64,000 bases of DNA from Hemiscyllium ocellatum (taxonomy: Eukaryota). The stretch's first letter is position 1. Each line of letters opens with the position of its first letter. The DNA lies in the NCBI RefSeq assembly GCF_020745735.1, contig NC_083404.1, positions 13,020,001-13,084,000 of the forward strand. Direction: 5' to 3'. The notes under the pieces are model-generated. The model was not told the origin of the DNA and searched no databases. It saw nothing but the letters and a program-made list of their open reading frames with translations. Position numbers and translations under genes: made by a program. Shown piece by piece: positions 25,556 to 37,895 of this stretch.

Positions 25556-27440
25556 GATAAAAATATTCAGCAATCTATCTCTATCATGTCTTTCACCATC
25601 CAAAATTGCTCTTGTGAAAGAAAAGCTACACTGATGTGTTGGGTTGGATTAGATTTGATTTGATTGTTCATGTCTGTGGAATGGGCTTGAGGTAACCAAG
25701 ACAGAAACTAGGAGCTCCGCACTGAGCCATGGGTGACCACACATCAATTACATGATGATTCAAGACAAGAGTTCACAATCCTGAACAAATGTTATCATTG
25801 GACTGAAGGACAATGGATGATGTTATAGTGGGGGAACTATGAGAGTTTTGTTTCTCCTACTATTTAGTAACCACAAACCTTTTACCAAAAGCTGTTGGAT
25901 CTCTCAGCATATTGTGGAGAAAGTGGTGAAAATCATATGTTTCTTATTAGTCACTGTCACTTCAATAGCTTTCAATGCCACAATAACTTGTAGGAAATGT
26001 GTCAACCTAGTTATTCATCCAAAGATAATGATCCAGTTGCGTCAGAGAAACCCACTTCTCTTCTTTTTAAAAGAGGAATAATGAAGATTTGAACGTTGCA
26101 CAAGCGATTACCACACACAGGCTTCCTTAACATATGCACCACTAAAGAGAATGTGTTTCACATAAGGCTGCATGTTGAAAGGGGTCAATTCATTTACATC
26201 CTGCACTTTGTGATTGAAGCCATAGGAGGGACACTGTCTGAAGTTGATGACAAAGCTTCTCACTGTTCCCTCATCAGAAGAAATTGCAGAAGCTCAACCC
26301 TAACAATTTTAAATACTTAGTAGTACTTAATGAGAAATTTAAGTTAAACAAATGTTCTAAACAAGTTTACTGCAAAGTAAGTAAACTTACATAAGTGTCA
26401 TGGTGTTTTTACTTATGACCATAATGTTTGTTTTACTTCCAAAAAACGTTTAAGGAAAATTGCAAAGAAAATTATTGTTTGCATGCTTTGCATTGGATGA
26501 CTTTCAAGAAATAAATATTTCATCAGATCACGTTCTAGATAAGGCATGTCAGAGATCTGTAGATTCAGTTATCTTAAAAATGATGCGTGTAGTAATATCT
26601 AAAAGTTTAAATTCAGTTTAGTCCAGCATTAATCCCAAGTAGCATCATTGTGATCCTGGATTTCTGCCATTTTCCATAAAACTGGATAACATACTCTTCT
26701 TTCTCATGCCAGAGAACATATTAATTAAGGCTCAGCAATTTAGTCATGTAGTTATTTGAATGTCTACGGCTGATTATGAATAATTTCAAGGTGGTTCTCT
26801 TTTATGAACATCACGATAAATATTCAGTGCTTGGGTGGTTATTTAACAGAGTGCATTGTCCATCAATCTAACTGATTTTCACAAAGATGGTTTATAAGAT
26901 GGAAAAACAATTTCATTAGTGAAATTTTAAATTACTTTTATTTTAAAAGAGCCCCTTTATGAACTGAAAAATCTATTGTATATAATTATATGTATATATA
27001 GTCTATTTTATATCAAAAATATATTCAAAATTTGATCAAACTCCTCTTGACTTTCTCCTCTTCATCCTTTTATCTTCTGAAGGGAATGGCTGATTTTCTA
27101 GTTTGGTTTCATTTTGGAACATTTACCCTCCAGCTTCTTCATAGTTCTTTTTGCAAGCATCAGTCTGAGCACACTATCCAACTGTCAAGGACATAAGCTG
27201 ACCTGATTCTGTCTGATGCAGCATTGGCAGTGATAGCATCCTATGCTTTGTTGCTAACTTTCCAAATGATGGAGAAATTGTCTTGTTGCTCCTTCTAAAT
27301 TAAAATAAGTCAGTGCAAATAATAGATACATGAAAAAGAACATGGTAGCTCTTGGAAATACCTGGCAGCTTCTGCTTGAAGATGTTTATTGCATAATACC
27401 TTGTGTATGTTTTTCTATGAATCTTTGTGCACATATTATA

Positions 27441-27498
27441 CATGATTTAGCTGCTAAAAGCAGGACATTAAAAAAGTTAATTTGCATTCATATACTAC
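27441..27498 (-). repeat. 58-bp inverted copy of 28857-28914
   Basis: 56/58 identical to the reverse complement; flanked by direct repeat TTTGTGCACAyATTA (27424-27438 / 27500-27514). Confidence 0.9.
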
Positions 27499-27684
27499 GT
27501 TTGTGCACACATTAATTATATACTGAATTTAATCAAAAGTTAAACCAGGTGTAGATATCTTAAACCTTCCTTACCCAAGTGACTCTGTTGATGTGTCTCT
27601 TCTGCCTCTCTCGAACTGGCTTTGGATGTGCCACTGCGAGTGATCCTGGGATTATTAGTTTGAATGTCATTCATGGCTCAGTAG

Positions 27685-28316
27685 TGTTATGGACCAGGCC
27701 AGATCCCCCTCAAAACATTTCAAGAAAATAGCCTGAACCCTAACTTTGCTAATTGTTTTAAGCAGGTGTAGAGTTGATATTCGAGGTGGGATGCAGCTGG
27801 CAAAAACCACATTGTTTTAAACAAATCAGAATTTATTTGCAAGATTACTGAATGAAACACAAACAAAAGAAAACACAATATAGAATAACGTAACCTATCC
27901 AAAAACGTACCAGACTAGCCCAACTTAATGATGCTGTTCCAATAACTTGCAACAATACCCATAAATACCCCTTTTCAAAAAAAAGAGGAAATTCCAACAC
28001 AGTTTCTTACAGGAGAGATGTCAGACAGAGGAAGGATCAGCATGGACCTGCTTCTTTAGGTCCAGTAGCTTCACAATTCACTGCCTGCTAAAACCAAACC
28101 AGAGATAAGCTGAGCTGGGAGAACTGTCCACACCCCTTTCATTGTACAAGTGTTTTTAAACTTGAAAGCCTTTTGCCTGAGGCAGTATCAGTTAACTATA
28201 ACCACATTGGCCCTGGATCTTCAAACCTAGATCTCGTAGAGTCTCTAGGTTTATGGCCCTGCTGAATAAAAAAGCCAAGGACAACACAACATTGCTAAAG
28301 GAGCATCATCATCACT
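27685..28316 (-). mobile_element. Solo LTR, same family as 14262-14893
   Basis: Starts TGTTATGGACCAGGCCAG, the reverse complement of the 14893 end; colinear homology. Confidence 0.7.
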
Positions 28317-28424
28317 GAAATGACACGTGTACCTATATGTGTAAGGAAGTCATGAAACTTGGTCTTGTTACAAAGGTTTTAAGCATAGTCTAGGCTACTG
28401 CTTAAGTGTACCACAGGAGTGGCA

Positions 28425-28880
28425 AAACATTAAACGGAAGCCTTTATGCTCTCTCGGATGGGTACAAAAGATCCCATTGACTCTCTTTTAAGAAAGGGGT
28501 GAGAAGGTGGCAATGGGAAAGTACAGCAGGTTAGGCAGCATCCGAGGAGCAGGAGAGTCGATGTTTTGGACATAAGTGTTTCATCAGGAAGCCACGTCCT
28601 GAAGCAGACGAACCTCCAGCATCTGCAGTCCTCACTTTCCCCTCTCTATTTTAAGAAAGCCAGGGCTTTACTCCTTCAATTGTCTTGACTTATTTTCATT
28701 CTTTGACCAGCATCACTTCGGACAGGTTATCTGCTCATTATCTGGTTGTTGCTTGTTTAACATTAATGTCCACAAATTAGTGATTGCATTTTTTAGGATG
28801 GCAACTACGTTCCAAAGCGACTTGGTTGATCGTGAGATAATCTGAGGTCGTGAAAGGTAGTATGTGAATGCAAATGAACT
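28425..28880 (+). mobile_element. DeuSINE (SacSINE1/AmnSINE1-like) remnant
   Basis: AAAAGATCCCAT (Deu domain)..CAGGTTATCTGCTCATTATC..TGAGGTCGTGAAAGG..AATGCAA tail; recalled consensus. Confidence 0.65.
28497..28643. mobile_element. Collapsed fold-back PLE end (family A)
   Basis: Minus arm joined to plus-strand terminus; TSD CTCTmTTTTAAGAAAG (28481-28496 / 28644-28659, 15/16). Confidence 0.75.
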
Positions 28881-29300
28881 TTTTTAATGTCCTGCTTTTA
28901 GCAGCTAAATCATGAAACTCATTTCACAAGACTTCAGTGTTTTTCTCTTTCTGATTCTAGCATGTCTTTGTCATCAGAAATCACTCACTGGTGAGTAGGT
29001 TAACTTTACCTTTTAGAATGAACCATAGTATTAGAATCCATTCTAACTAACATATGTCTTCTAACAGCATTTTCACTTTTCACTTGATGAGTTGATTATC
29101 TTTGAGATTACCTTTCTCACCTTTGTGTGAGATAGATAACCAGCATTGTTTATGTTACAGACAATTCCAATACTTGAAACACTAGACCTTCTCTTCTTGG
29201 GCTGGAAGGTGGCCATGTGCGACTTGTAACAGCTGAACCATGTAAGTTTGGTCACATGGAACTAATCCAGGAGTTGAAGTAGTGGCTGAGGACTTTCTAT

Positions 29301-29545
29301 TAGATTACTTACAGTGTGGAAACAGGCCCTTCGGCCCAACGAGTCCACACCGACCCACCGAAGCGCACCCACCCAGACCCATTCCCCTACAGTTACCCCC
29401 GCACCTAACACTACAGGCAATTTAGCTTGGCCAATTCACCTAACCTGCACATCTTTGGACTGTGGGAGGAAACCGGGGCACTCGGAGGAAACCCACGCAG
29501 ACACGGGGAGAATGTGCAAACTCCACACAGTCAGTCGCCTGAGGC
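29301..29545 (-). mobile_element. HE1 SINE, 5'-truncated
   Basis: V-domain and tail; TSD TTCTAT (29295-29300 / 29546-29551). Confidence 0.9.
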
Positions 29546-30794
29546 TTCTATGGTGATGTATGACATAGAAGGATGGACAACAAATAATACTTTAAAGTAT
29601 GGATACAGTGACCATGGTGAAGATTGGAATGTATTCATGTCTGAGTTCAAAGTTAGGAACTGTTATGCATTTAAGAAGTGTGAAAGGGAAACGCATTATG
29701 AGGACACAGTGGCGGTTGGAAAGGATGAGGCTCCAGCTTAATAGAACAGGCATTAATTAATTAGTGAACAGCCCTTTGAGCATAACAATAACTTTCATCA
29801 CAGCACAAAGTGTAGCTTCAGTGCTGAAATGTGCGAACGGAATCTTATTTCTTAATGTCTGCTCAGATTTTTACAAACCTCATCATGAGCTTGCAAAAAG
29901 TCTTTCAGAATTATTCAAATCAAGTCCATTGAAGAAATTTAGTCATGGTTCACATTCAGACCTCTGAGCTAGCAGTACCAAAATAAGCAAGGATGAGACT
30001 TTGCAGAGTTTTTTGTCACCACTTTTACATTGACCTCTGCATTTATGAATCACCTCAGGGATGTTTCTCACGGCCCAGAGATCTTGATTTGAGTGTCAAT
30101 AAAGTCTACTGAAAATATTTACCTTTATGGAACTACTGTTTATGTTGTTTAGTTGTGTCTAACAACTGTTTAAGACTAGGTTGGTGTGCACTGGAACGAA
30201 AGAAGCTTCCTTTTGTAGAATATTGAAGGAATAACAGACCACAGCGTAGGTTCCAAAAACCATAATTTTATTTAGTGAATAAGTGATCATGGTGTTCCAT
30301 TGCATGTGGTGTGAGTTCTCATTGAGGTTTACTACAGTGATTTAAAATGTCCCTTGTGGTTCATGAGTGTCTGTGTATTGCTCCCTCATACCTAAATGTT
30401 CCCCTGGTTGAAGATTAACACTGAGGATTAGTGGGTAAGCCAACTGGTGAGCTGCCTCGTGTTTTGATGACCTGTGATCTGAATGTGTAAATCAAGTTAT
30501 GTTGCTACATCTGCAGTGCTGTATTGTTAAACCTGACTCTGGCCACAAACAATGTGATTATGTGGCTGGACACACTGAATGTGCTGATCAGGTGGTTGGA
30601 GAGCAGAGCAATGGACAAGCCAGCCTTAGGTGCTGCTTTTTGTCCAGGTCGCATTTTAAAAACAAAACGTGATCAGCTTTCTTCATGCGACATCTTATTT
30701 AAGGCAATTGTTCTGATAGCTTAGGTCTGCTACTCTCCGTGCTCAGTTCTGGAATGATGACTATGTATTTTTATTGTACGAAAGGGACTGGGGA

Positions 30795-31015
30795 AGTTTG
30801 TTTAACTCAGTTGGCTGGATCATTGGCTTACAGAGCCATATGACACCAATAACATGGGTTCAATTCCCATCACTGGTTTGAGGTTACTGTGAAGGACTCC
30901 CCTTCTCAACCTTTTCCCTCACCTGAGGTCCGGTGGTCCTCAGGTTAAATCACCACCAGTTGCTCTTGCTCTCATGAGAGAGCAGCTCCTATGGTCTGTT
31001 AAGACTATGGCAACA
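30795..31015 (+). mobile_element. tRNA-derived SINE (third family)
   Basis: TAACTCAGTTGG..GGTTCAATTCC boxes, CCTGAGG..CCTCAGG hairpin; homologous to 34300-34502. Confidence 0.65.
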
Positions 31016-31158
31016 CAACAACAAAGACCCTTTCAATGATGCTAATCACAAAAATGATGCCATTATTAAATGCAGGAATTTCATTTCCCTGCAGTACACT
31101 TTTGCTCATTCTATTTGGACTGCTTTCATTTCATTTTATTATTGCTTTATTCACCTTG

Positions 31159-31375
31159 TCAGAAGTCACACAAAACCAGGTTATAGTCCAACAGGTTTAT
31201 TGAAATCAAAGCTTTCAGAGCATTGCTCCTTTGTCAGCTGAAGTCCACTTCACCTGACGCAGGAGCAGCGCTCCGAAAGCTCGTGATTTCAATAAACCTG
31301 TTGGACTATAACCTGGTTTTGTGTGACTTCTGACTTTGTCCACTCCAGTCCAACACCGGCACCTCCACATCATTC
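31159..31375. mobile_element. Fold-back PLE end (family B variant)
   Basis: 10-bp TSD ATTCACCTTG (31149-31158 / 31376-31385); inverted arms; ~42-nt tail. Confidence 0.82.
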
Positions 31376-31506
31376 ATTCACCTTGAATGGGATTTAGAGT
31401 CACTGAGTCATTGAGATGTACAGCACAGAAACTGTCTCTTTGTCCAAAATGCTTGGAAATATTTTATTACATACATCAGAAAAGGAATCAAATTCACATT
31501 ATTTAC

Positions 31507-32310
31507 AGAGTCATAGAGTCACAGAATCAAAGAGTTGTACAGCACAGTAAAAGACACTTTGGTCCAAGTTTTCCATGCCATCCAGATATTCTAAATTAAT
31601 CTAGTCTCATTTGCCAGCATTTAGCCCATATCCTTCTAAACCCTTCCTATTCGGCATGGTGGCTCAGTGGTTAGCACTGCTGCCTCACAGCAGCAGGGTC
31701 CCAGGTTTGATTCCATCCTCAGGTGACTGTGTGGAGTTTGCACATTCTCCTCGTGTCTGTGTGGGTTTCCTCCCACAGTCCAAAGATGTGCAGGGTCAGG
31801 TGAATTGGCCATGCTAAATTGCCCATAGTGTTAGGTGCATTAGTCAGAGGGAAATGGGTCTGGGTGGGTTACTCTTCGGAGGGTCAATTGAGCTGAAGGG
31901 CTTGTTTCCACACTGTTGGGAATATAATCGTGTACCCTTGTAGATGCCTCTTAAATTCTTTAATTGTACCAGCCTCCACCACTTCCAATGGCAGCTCATT
32001 CCATACACGTACCACCCTCTGTGTGCAAAGGTTATCTATTCAAGCCTCTGTTAAATCTTTCACTTCTCACCTTAAACGTATGCTCTCTAGTTTTGGACTG
32101 CATTACCCTGGGGAAAAGACTTTGTCTATTTACCCTACCCATAGCCCTCGTGATCTTGTAAACCTCTATAAGGTCACCCCTCAGCCTCTGACGCTCCAGG
32201 GAAAACAGCCCCAGCCTGTTCAGCCTCTCCCGAAAACTGAAACCCTCCAACCCTGGCAACATCCTTGTAAATCTTTTCTGAAATCTTCCAAGTTTCACAA
32301 CATCTTTTCC
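31507..32310 (-). mobile_element. HER1/CR1 3' end interrupted by HE1
   Basis: ORF 32032-32463 (KDVVKLGRFQKRFTRMLPGL...) and 3' UTR. Confidence 0.88.
31653..31929 (+). mobile_element. HE1 SINE nested in HER1
   Basis: A and B boxes, V-domain and tail. Confidence 0.88.
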
Positions 32311-33085
32311 ATAACTCTGGATTTGTTTCCAAATATCAGCCATGGCACGTGGGCTATAGTAATTTAAGTTGTCACAAATATAATTCTGCAGATGGGCTTG
32401 CTGTCGGATATACCTCTGCGTTTGCTTGTTTTGGAGAATTATGAATAAAATGTGAGGAGGCATGTGAGGAAGATGTGGTTCCTCAAGACAAACCTACTCA
32501 ACCATCTGTATTACAGACTAAGACATAACTATCGAGACATGTCTGAAGAAATCTGTTTCCATTGACTATACTGTGGTGCAAGGCACAGAAATAAGCTGTC
32601 TGCTCAATCCACACCTTCTGCCAAATTTCAGGGTACAGCTAGTTCTGCCAAAGTAACTACACACTGGAACTGGTTCCTTTCCAGCAATGGAGTTCTGAAA
32701 GACTCATTGGACTCAAAACTCAATTCCCTTTCTCTCCCCACAGATGCTGCCAGACCTGTTGAGTTTCTCCAGCATTTTCTGCTTTTATTGCCTTCAAACA
32801 GCAACTGGGGTGCTGTGGCAGATTTTGCAGAACACCAGGTCACTGTTGCATGAAACAAGTGGCAGACACCTTAGTGCCAAACATCTGTGCCCTTTCTGGA
32901 TTGCTGCCATTGTTAGTGCAGCCAAAGGTCCAGATTAGATTGGAACCCAGACCCTTCCCGAGATCCAAGTAAGTAACGCAACATCATGGGGGAGCAGACA
33001 GGGAAAAGGTTCACCCTCTGCTGAGTTCCTTGTTCCTCGTCTGGTGCGAAGTGGCGGGCGCGTACGCTATGTGAAAGCAAGCTAA

Positions 33086-33520
33086 TTTGAGCTACAGGGA
33101 GAGGCTGAACAGGCTGGGGCTGTTTTCCCTGGAGTGTCGGAGGCTGAGGGGTGACCTTATAGAGGTTTACAAAATTATGAGGGGCATGGATAGTGGAAAT
33201 AGGCAAAGTCTTTTCCCTGGGATCGGGGAGGCCAGAACTAGAGTTTAGAGTGAGAGGGGAAAGATATAAAAGAGACCCAAGGGGCAACTTTTTCACACAG
33301 AGGGTGGTACGTGTATGGAATGAGCTGCCAGAGGAAGTGGTGGAGGCTGATACAATTGCAACATTTAAAACGCATTTGGATGGGTATATGAATAGGAAGG
33401 GTTTGGATGGATATGGGCCGGGTGCTGGCAGGTGGGACTAGATTGGGTTGGGATATCTGGTCGGTATGGACGGGTTGGACAGAAGGGTCTGTTTCCATGC
33501 TGTACATCTCTATGACTCTA
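33086..33520 (+). mobile_element. HER1/CR1 3' end
   Basis: FFTQRVVRVWNELPEEVVEA motif and terminal repeat. Confidence 0.92.
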
Positions 33521-33769
33521 ACTGTGACCCAACTGGAGTTCCCGATCCAGTTGATAATCTGAATCCCTGGAGAAGGTCATCAGGCTGTATGACTGTGTCA
33601 TTTGGTGGCTGATTCAAAACCATCCAGAACAACATTTTTCAATGAAATGGATGGTTTTGAATTAAAGTCTGATCAATGAAGTCTTCGCTGGAATTCTTTG
33701 TCCAAAGTATGTCCAATTAACTAGACAGAAACATTAACCACAGTTAACCTCTGATTCACATGAGTTATT

Positions 33770-34295
33770 GTCAGTAACCAAACAACCCCACTGCCCTGTT
33801 CCTGACCACTTCAATTCCCCCTCCCACTCCCCCAAGGACATGCAAGTCGAGGGCCTCCTCCACTGTCAAATTCAAGATACCTGCCTACCAGAGGAACAAT
33901 GCCTCACCTTCCACCTTTGGACCCTTCAACCACACAGCATCAACAACGACCTTTCACATCCCCTCCCCCCCCCACCTCATCCCAGTTGCAACTCTCCAAC
34001 TCAGCACAGCCCTCTTGAACTTTCCTACCCACTTTGCTTCCCAACTATCTGCTCCAACCTCCCCACCAACCTATCAGAATTACCTCCCACCTGCACCCAC
34101 TTATCGCCTTCCCAGCTACCTCCCCCCACAGCCCCATTTCCACCCTCCTATTCACTTCTCAGCCCCCTTACCCCTCCCGACATTCCTGATGAAGGGCTTA
34201 TGCCCGAAAAATCGACTCTCCTGCTTCTCAGATGCTTCCTGACCTGCTGTACTTTTCCAGTCTGATCTCCAGCATCTGCAGTCCTCACTGCCTCC
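33770..34295 (+). mobile_element. PLE 3' end (family A), GIY-YIG C-terminal remnant
   Basis: ORF 33768-34265 PVPDHFNSPSHS..EEQCLTFHLWTLQPHSIN; C-rich UTR; decayed hammerhead at ~34186-34213. Confidence 0.8.
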
Positions 34296-34299
34296 TATT

Positions 34300-34502
34300 G
34301 TCAGTTCATTTGGAAGGTTGGCTTGCAATGCAGGGCAATGCCAACAGCATGAGTTCAATTCCTGCACTGGCTGAGATCACCATGAATGTCTCTGCTTTGC
34401 AATTTGTCCCCTCATCTCAGATGTGTGGTGACCCTCAGGTCAAACCAATCTGTCTCCAATGAGAGAGCATTCCCACGGTCTGGGAAGGCTATGGTGACCT
34501 TA
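34300..34502 (+). mobile_element. tRNA-derived SINE (third family)
   Basis: Homologous to 30795-31015. Confidence 0.6.
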
Positions 34503-35097
34503 TGGGCTCCAAACCAACTCTCTGCGTAGTCCCTTTTGCTGTGTCGTTGGTGAACTCTCAGAATACAATTGAAATAAAACTTGACCATTTTATTCTTCCT
34601 CATGTGAGATGCATTTGTGGTCAGGATATTTTACTTTGGAATTTCCTTTTGCCAAGTTTTATGTTGTCCATCTTCTGCAGAACATGCCCCTCATACAGAG
34701 AAGATAAGTGGTAGTTATGAAGGCTCTGTTCAGAGCACGTTTGATCTGACCTATGGCATCTGACCTTCTCGAGTGGGCAGGTGTAAAGTTCATGTATTGA
34801 AATCTAGGCAATCAGAAATAGGGTCATGCAGATGCTTGCCTAGTGATTCCTACCGTGTCTATGAATAGACCGCATGCACGTTGCTTGTACTGACAGTTTG
34901 CTTGGCATCCCCTGAGCTAGTCAGAGTTGTGTAGAGGTCATTTTTGTGCCAGCAGCAAAGTTTCTTCTGGAGTAAAATGTCTCCAAGAAAAGGCTGAATG
35001 CTTAGCTGAAAGCTGCTTATTTTGCCATTGTGAAAACAGTGCAAGGGTGAGAGTAAAATACTCTCAAATGATTTTAAGTTTGTAAAGAATTTCTTTT

Positions 35098-36530
35098 AAT
35101 ATTCATTCATGGAACATGGGCATCACTCTCTAAATCAACATTTATTACCCATCCTTAGTTGCCCTTGAGAAGGTGGTGGTGAGCTGTCTTCTTGAACCAC
35201 TGCAGTCCATGTGTTGTAGATCGGGGAGGGAGTTCCAGGATTCTGACCCAGTGATATATTTCCAAATCAGGCTGGTGAGTGGCTTGAAGGTAACTTGCAG
35301 ATGGTGGTGTTGCCAAGTGTTTGCTGTCTTTGTCCTTCTCATAACTGTGGGTTTGGGAGGTGCTGTTTGAGGAGTTTCAGTGAATTTCTGCAGTGCACTT
35401 TGTAGATGGTACACACTGCTGCTACTGAGCACCAATGGTGCAAGGAGTGGATGTTTTGGTGTTGTTGATAGATATGGTGCCAATTAAGCAGACTGCTTCA
35501 ATGTGTCAAGTTTCTTGAGTGGTTGAGAACTATACTCATTTTTCACTTCTATCACGTGCCTTGTAGATGGTGGAAAGGTTTTGGGGAGTCAGGAGATGAG
35601 TTGATCATTGCAGCATTCCTTGCTTCTGACCTGCTCTTGTGGCCGTTGTATTTACATGGCTAGTCCAGTTCAGTTTCTGGTCATTGACAATCCCCAAGAT
35701 GCTTATAGTATTAAACTCAGTGAAGTTAATGCCATTGAATGCCAAGGGACAGTTGTTAGATTCTGTCTTGTTGGAGATGGTTATTTTTTCATGTGTGGCA
35801 TGTGGCATTTGTATGATTTGTGTTATTTGTCACCTTTCAACCCAAGCCTAGACATTATCCAGGTCTTGCTGGATTTTCGCGTGGATTAGACCAGAATCTG
35901 AGGAGTTGTGAATGGTGCTGAACATTGTGCAATCATCGGTGAACATCCCCACTTCCGACGTTAAGATCAATGAAACAGCTGAAGATGGTTGGGCCTAGGA
36001 CACTACCCTGAAGAATTCTCACAGTGATGTCCTGGGGAGGAAATGACTGACCTCCAACAACCACAACCATCTTCCTGTGTGCCAGGTATGACTCCAGCCA
36101 GCAGAAAGTCTTCCCAATATTCTCATCGATTCCAGTTTTGTCAGGGTTCCTTGATATCATAGCTGGTGAAATGTGGCCTTGATGTCAAGGGCAATCACTC
36201 TCACCTCACCTCTGGAATTCAGCTCTTTTGACCATGTTGAACCAAAGCTGTAATGGGGTCAGGAATTGAGTGGTCCTGACAGAAACTAACCTGGGTATCA
36301 GTGAGCGGGTTATTATTGAGCAGGTGCTGCTTGATAGCTGTATTAATGACACCTTCCATCACTTTCCTGATGATCGAGGGTAGATTAATGGGACAGTAGT
36401 TGGCCGGGTTGAATTTATTCTGCTTTTTGTGTACAAGATACAGCTGGGCAACTTTCCATATTGTAGGGTAGATGCCAATGTTATAGTTGTACTGGAACAG
36501 CCGAGCTAAATGTAGGGCATGTTTGAGAAC
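35098..36530 (-). mobile_element. LINE family 2 (CR1/L2-like) RT and 3' end
   Basis: ORFs 36219-36551 (YPTIWKVAQ..VHKKQ..NPANYCPI), 35933-36160 (QGSVLGPTIFSCFI), 35605-35808 (ILGI..DQKLNWTSHVN). Confidence 0.88.
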
Positions 36531-36785
36531 TTGCATATTAATAACCTTCATGATTTAAAAGCATATAGTGTTTATCCAATTCTACTGTCAGAAACAGTGT
36601 GTAGCTTTGAGTTTAATTTATACCTTGTATGTTAACAAGTGGAGGGGGGGAGGTGTGGTTTTAAGTTTCATTTTTCCTTAGAGTTATTTCTGTGAGTTTG
36701 GCATCAGGAAACCTGGAGGACTTTTAGCTTGCAACCTTGGAATTGGGATGAGATGTTTAACGCATTTGAAATGTACAACTTATGT

Positions 36786-37113
36786 GGGAGAGGTGATGGC
36801 CTAGTAGTATTATCAATGGACTGTTAATCCAGAGCCCTAGATAATGTTGTGGGGACCTGGTTTCAAATCCATGGCAGATGGTTAAAATTTGAATTCAATG
36901 GAAAACAATTCTGGAATTAAGGGTTTAATGATGATCATGAATGCATTGTCACAATGTCCATTAAGGAAGGAAACTGCCTTCCTTACCTGGTCTGGTCTAC
37001 ATGTGACTCCAGACCCACAGCAATGTGGTTAACTCTTAACTGCCCTCTGACCAAACTAGGGATGGGCAATAAATGCTGCCGAGCCAGGAATGTCCACAAC
37101 CTGTGAATGAATA
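36786..37113 (+). mobile_element. tRNA-derived SINE with the LINE-family-2 tail
   Basis: TGGCCTAGTAGTA..GGTTTCAAATCC head; 3' TAGGGATGGGCAATAAATGCTG..GTGAATGAAT; second copy at 60050-60368 (-). Confidence 0.78.
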
Positions 37114-37429
37114 CATTTTTTAAAAACTGTGAGGTAGTTTGGCAATTGGGATCCAGGGATACATAAAAATCCAGACAGCAGTTAGAGGTCCGTGGGTGTG
37201 TGCTGGAACCTGAGTATAGGAACCTCATGTTTGCTGTGAAGTTGAAACAAAAGTGAGTTTAGTTTACAGTTTGTTTTGGATGTCTCAGGAGAGTTATCCG
37301 CTGAGAGGAAAAGGCATCTCGTGAATTCAGATAAATCCACTGATAAAAAAGTAGGTGCAGCTGTGTAAGGGGTCGTGATATGGTGATAATGGTATCTGTA
37401 AGGATCAACCTGAAAAAGTGCAGAAAAGA

Positions 37430-37895
37430 TTAACAAACATGTTGCCAGGCTTGGATGTGTTTGGCTGTCGGGACAGGATGTATATGCCATGGCTATTTTC
37501 CCTGGTGCGTCAGAGGCTGAGGGGGCGACTTCATAGTTTATAAAATCATAAGGGGCGTGGGTAGTTGAAAAGCCAAGATCTTTTTCCCAAGGAAGGGGAG
37601 TGCAAAATTAGAGGGTTTAAGGTGAAAGGGGAAAGATTTAAAAGGGACCTAAGAGACAACCTTTTCACACAGAGGGTGGTGCGTGTATGGAATGAGCTGC
37701 CAGGGGAAGTGGTGGAGGCTGCTACAATTACAGCATTTAGAAACATATGGATGAGTATATGAATAAGAAGGGTTTAGAGAGATATGGGCTAAGTACTGGA
37801 AAATGGAATTAGATTAATTTAGGATATCTGGTCAACATGGATGAGTTGGACCGAAGGGTCTGCTTCCATTCTGTACAACGCTATGACTATGATTC
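37430..37895 (+). mobile_element. HER1/CR1 3' end
   Basis: FTQRVVRVWNELP motif and 3' UTR. Confidence 0.88.
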
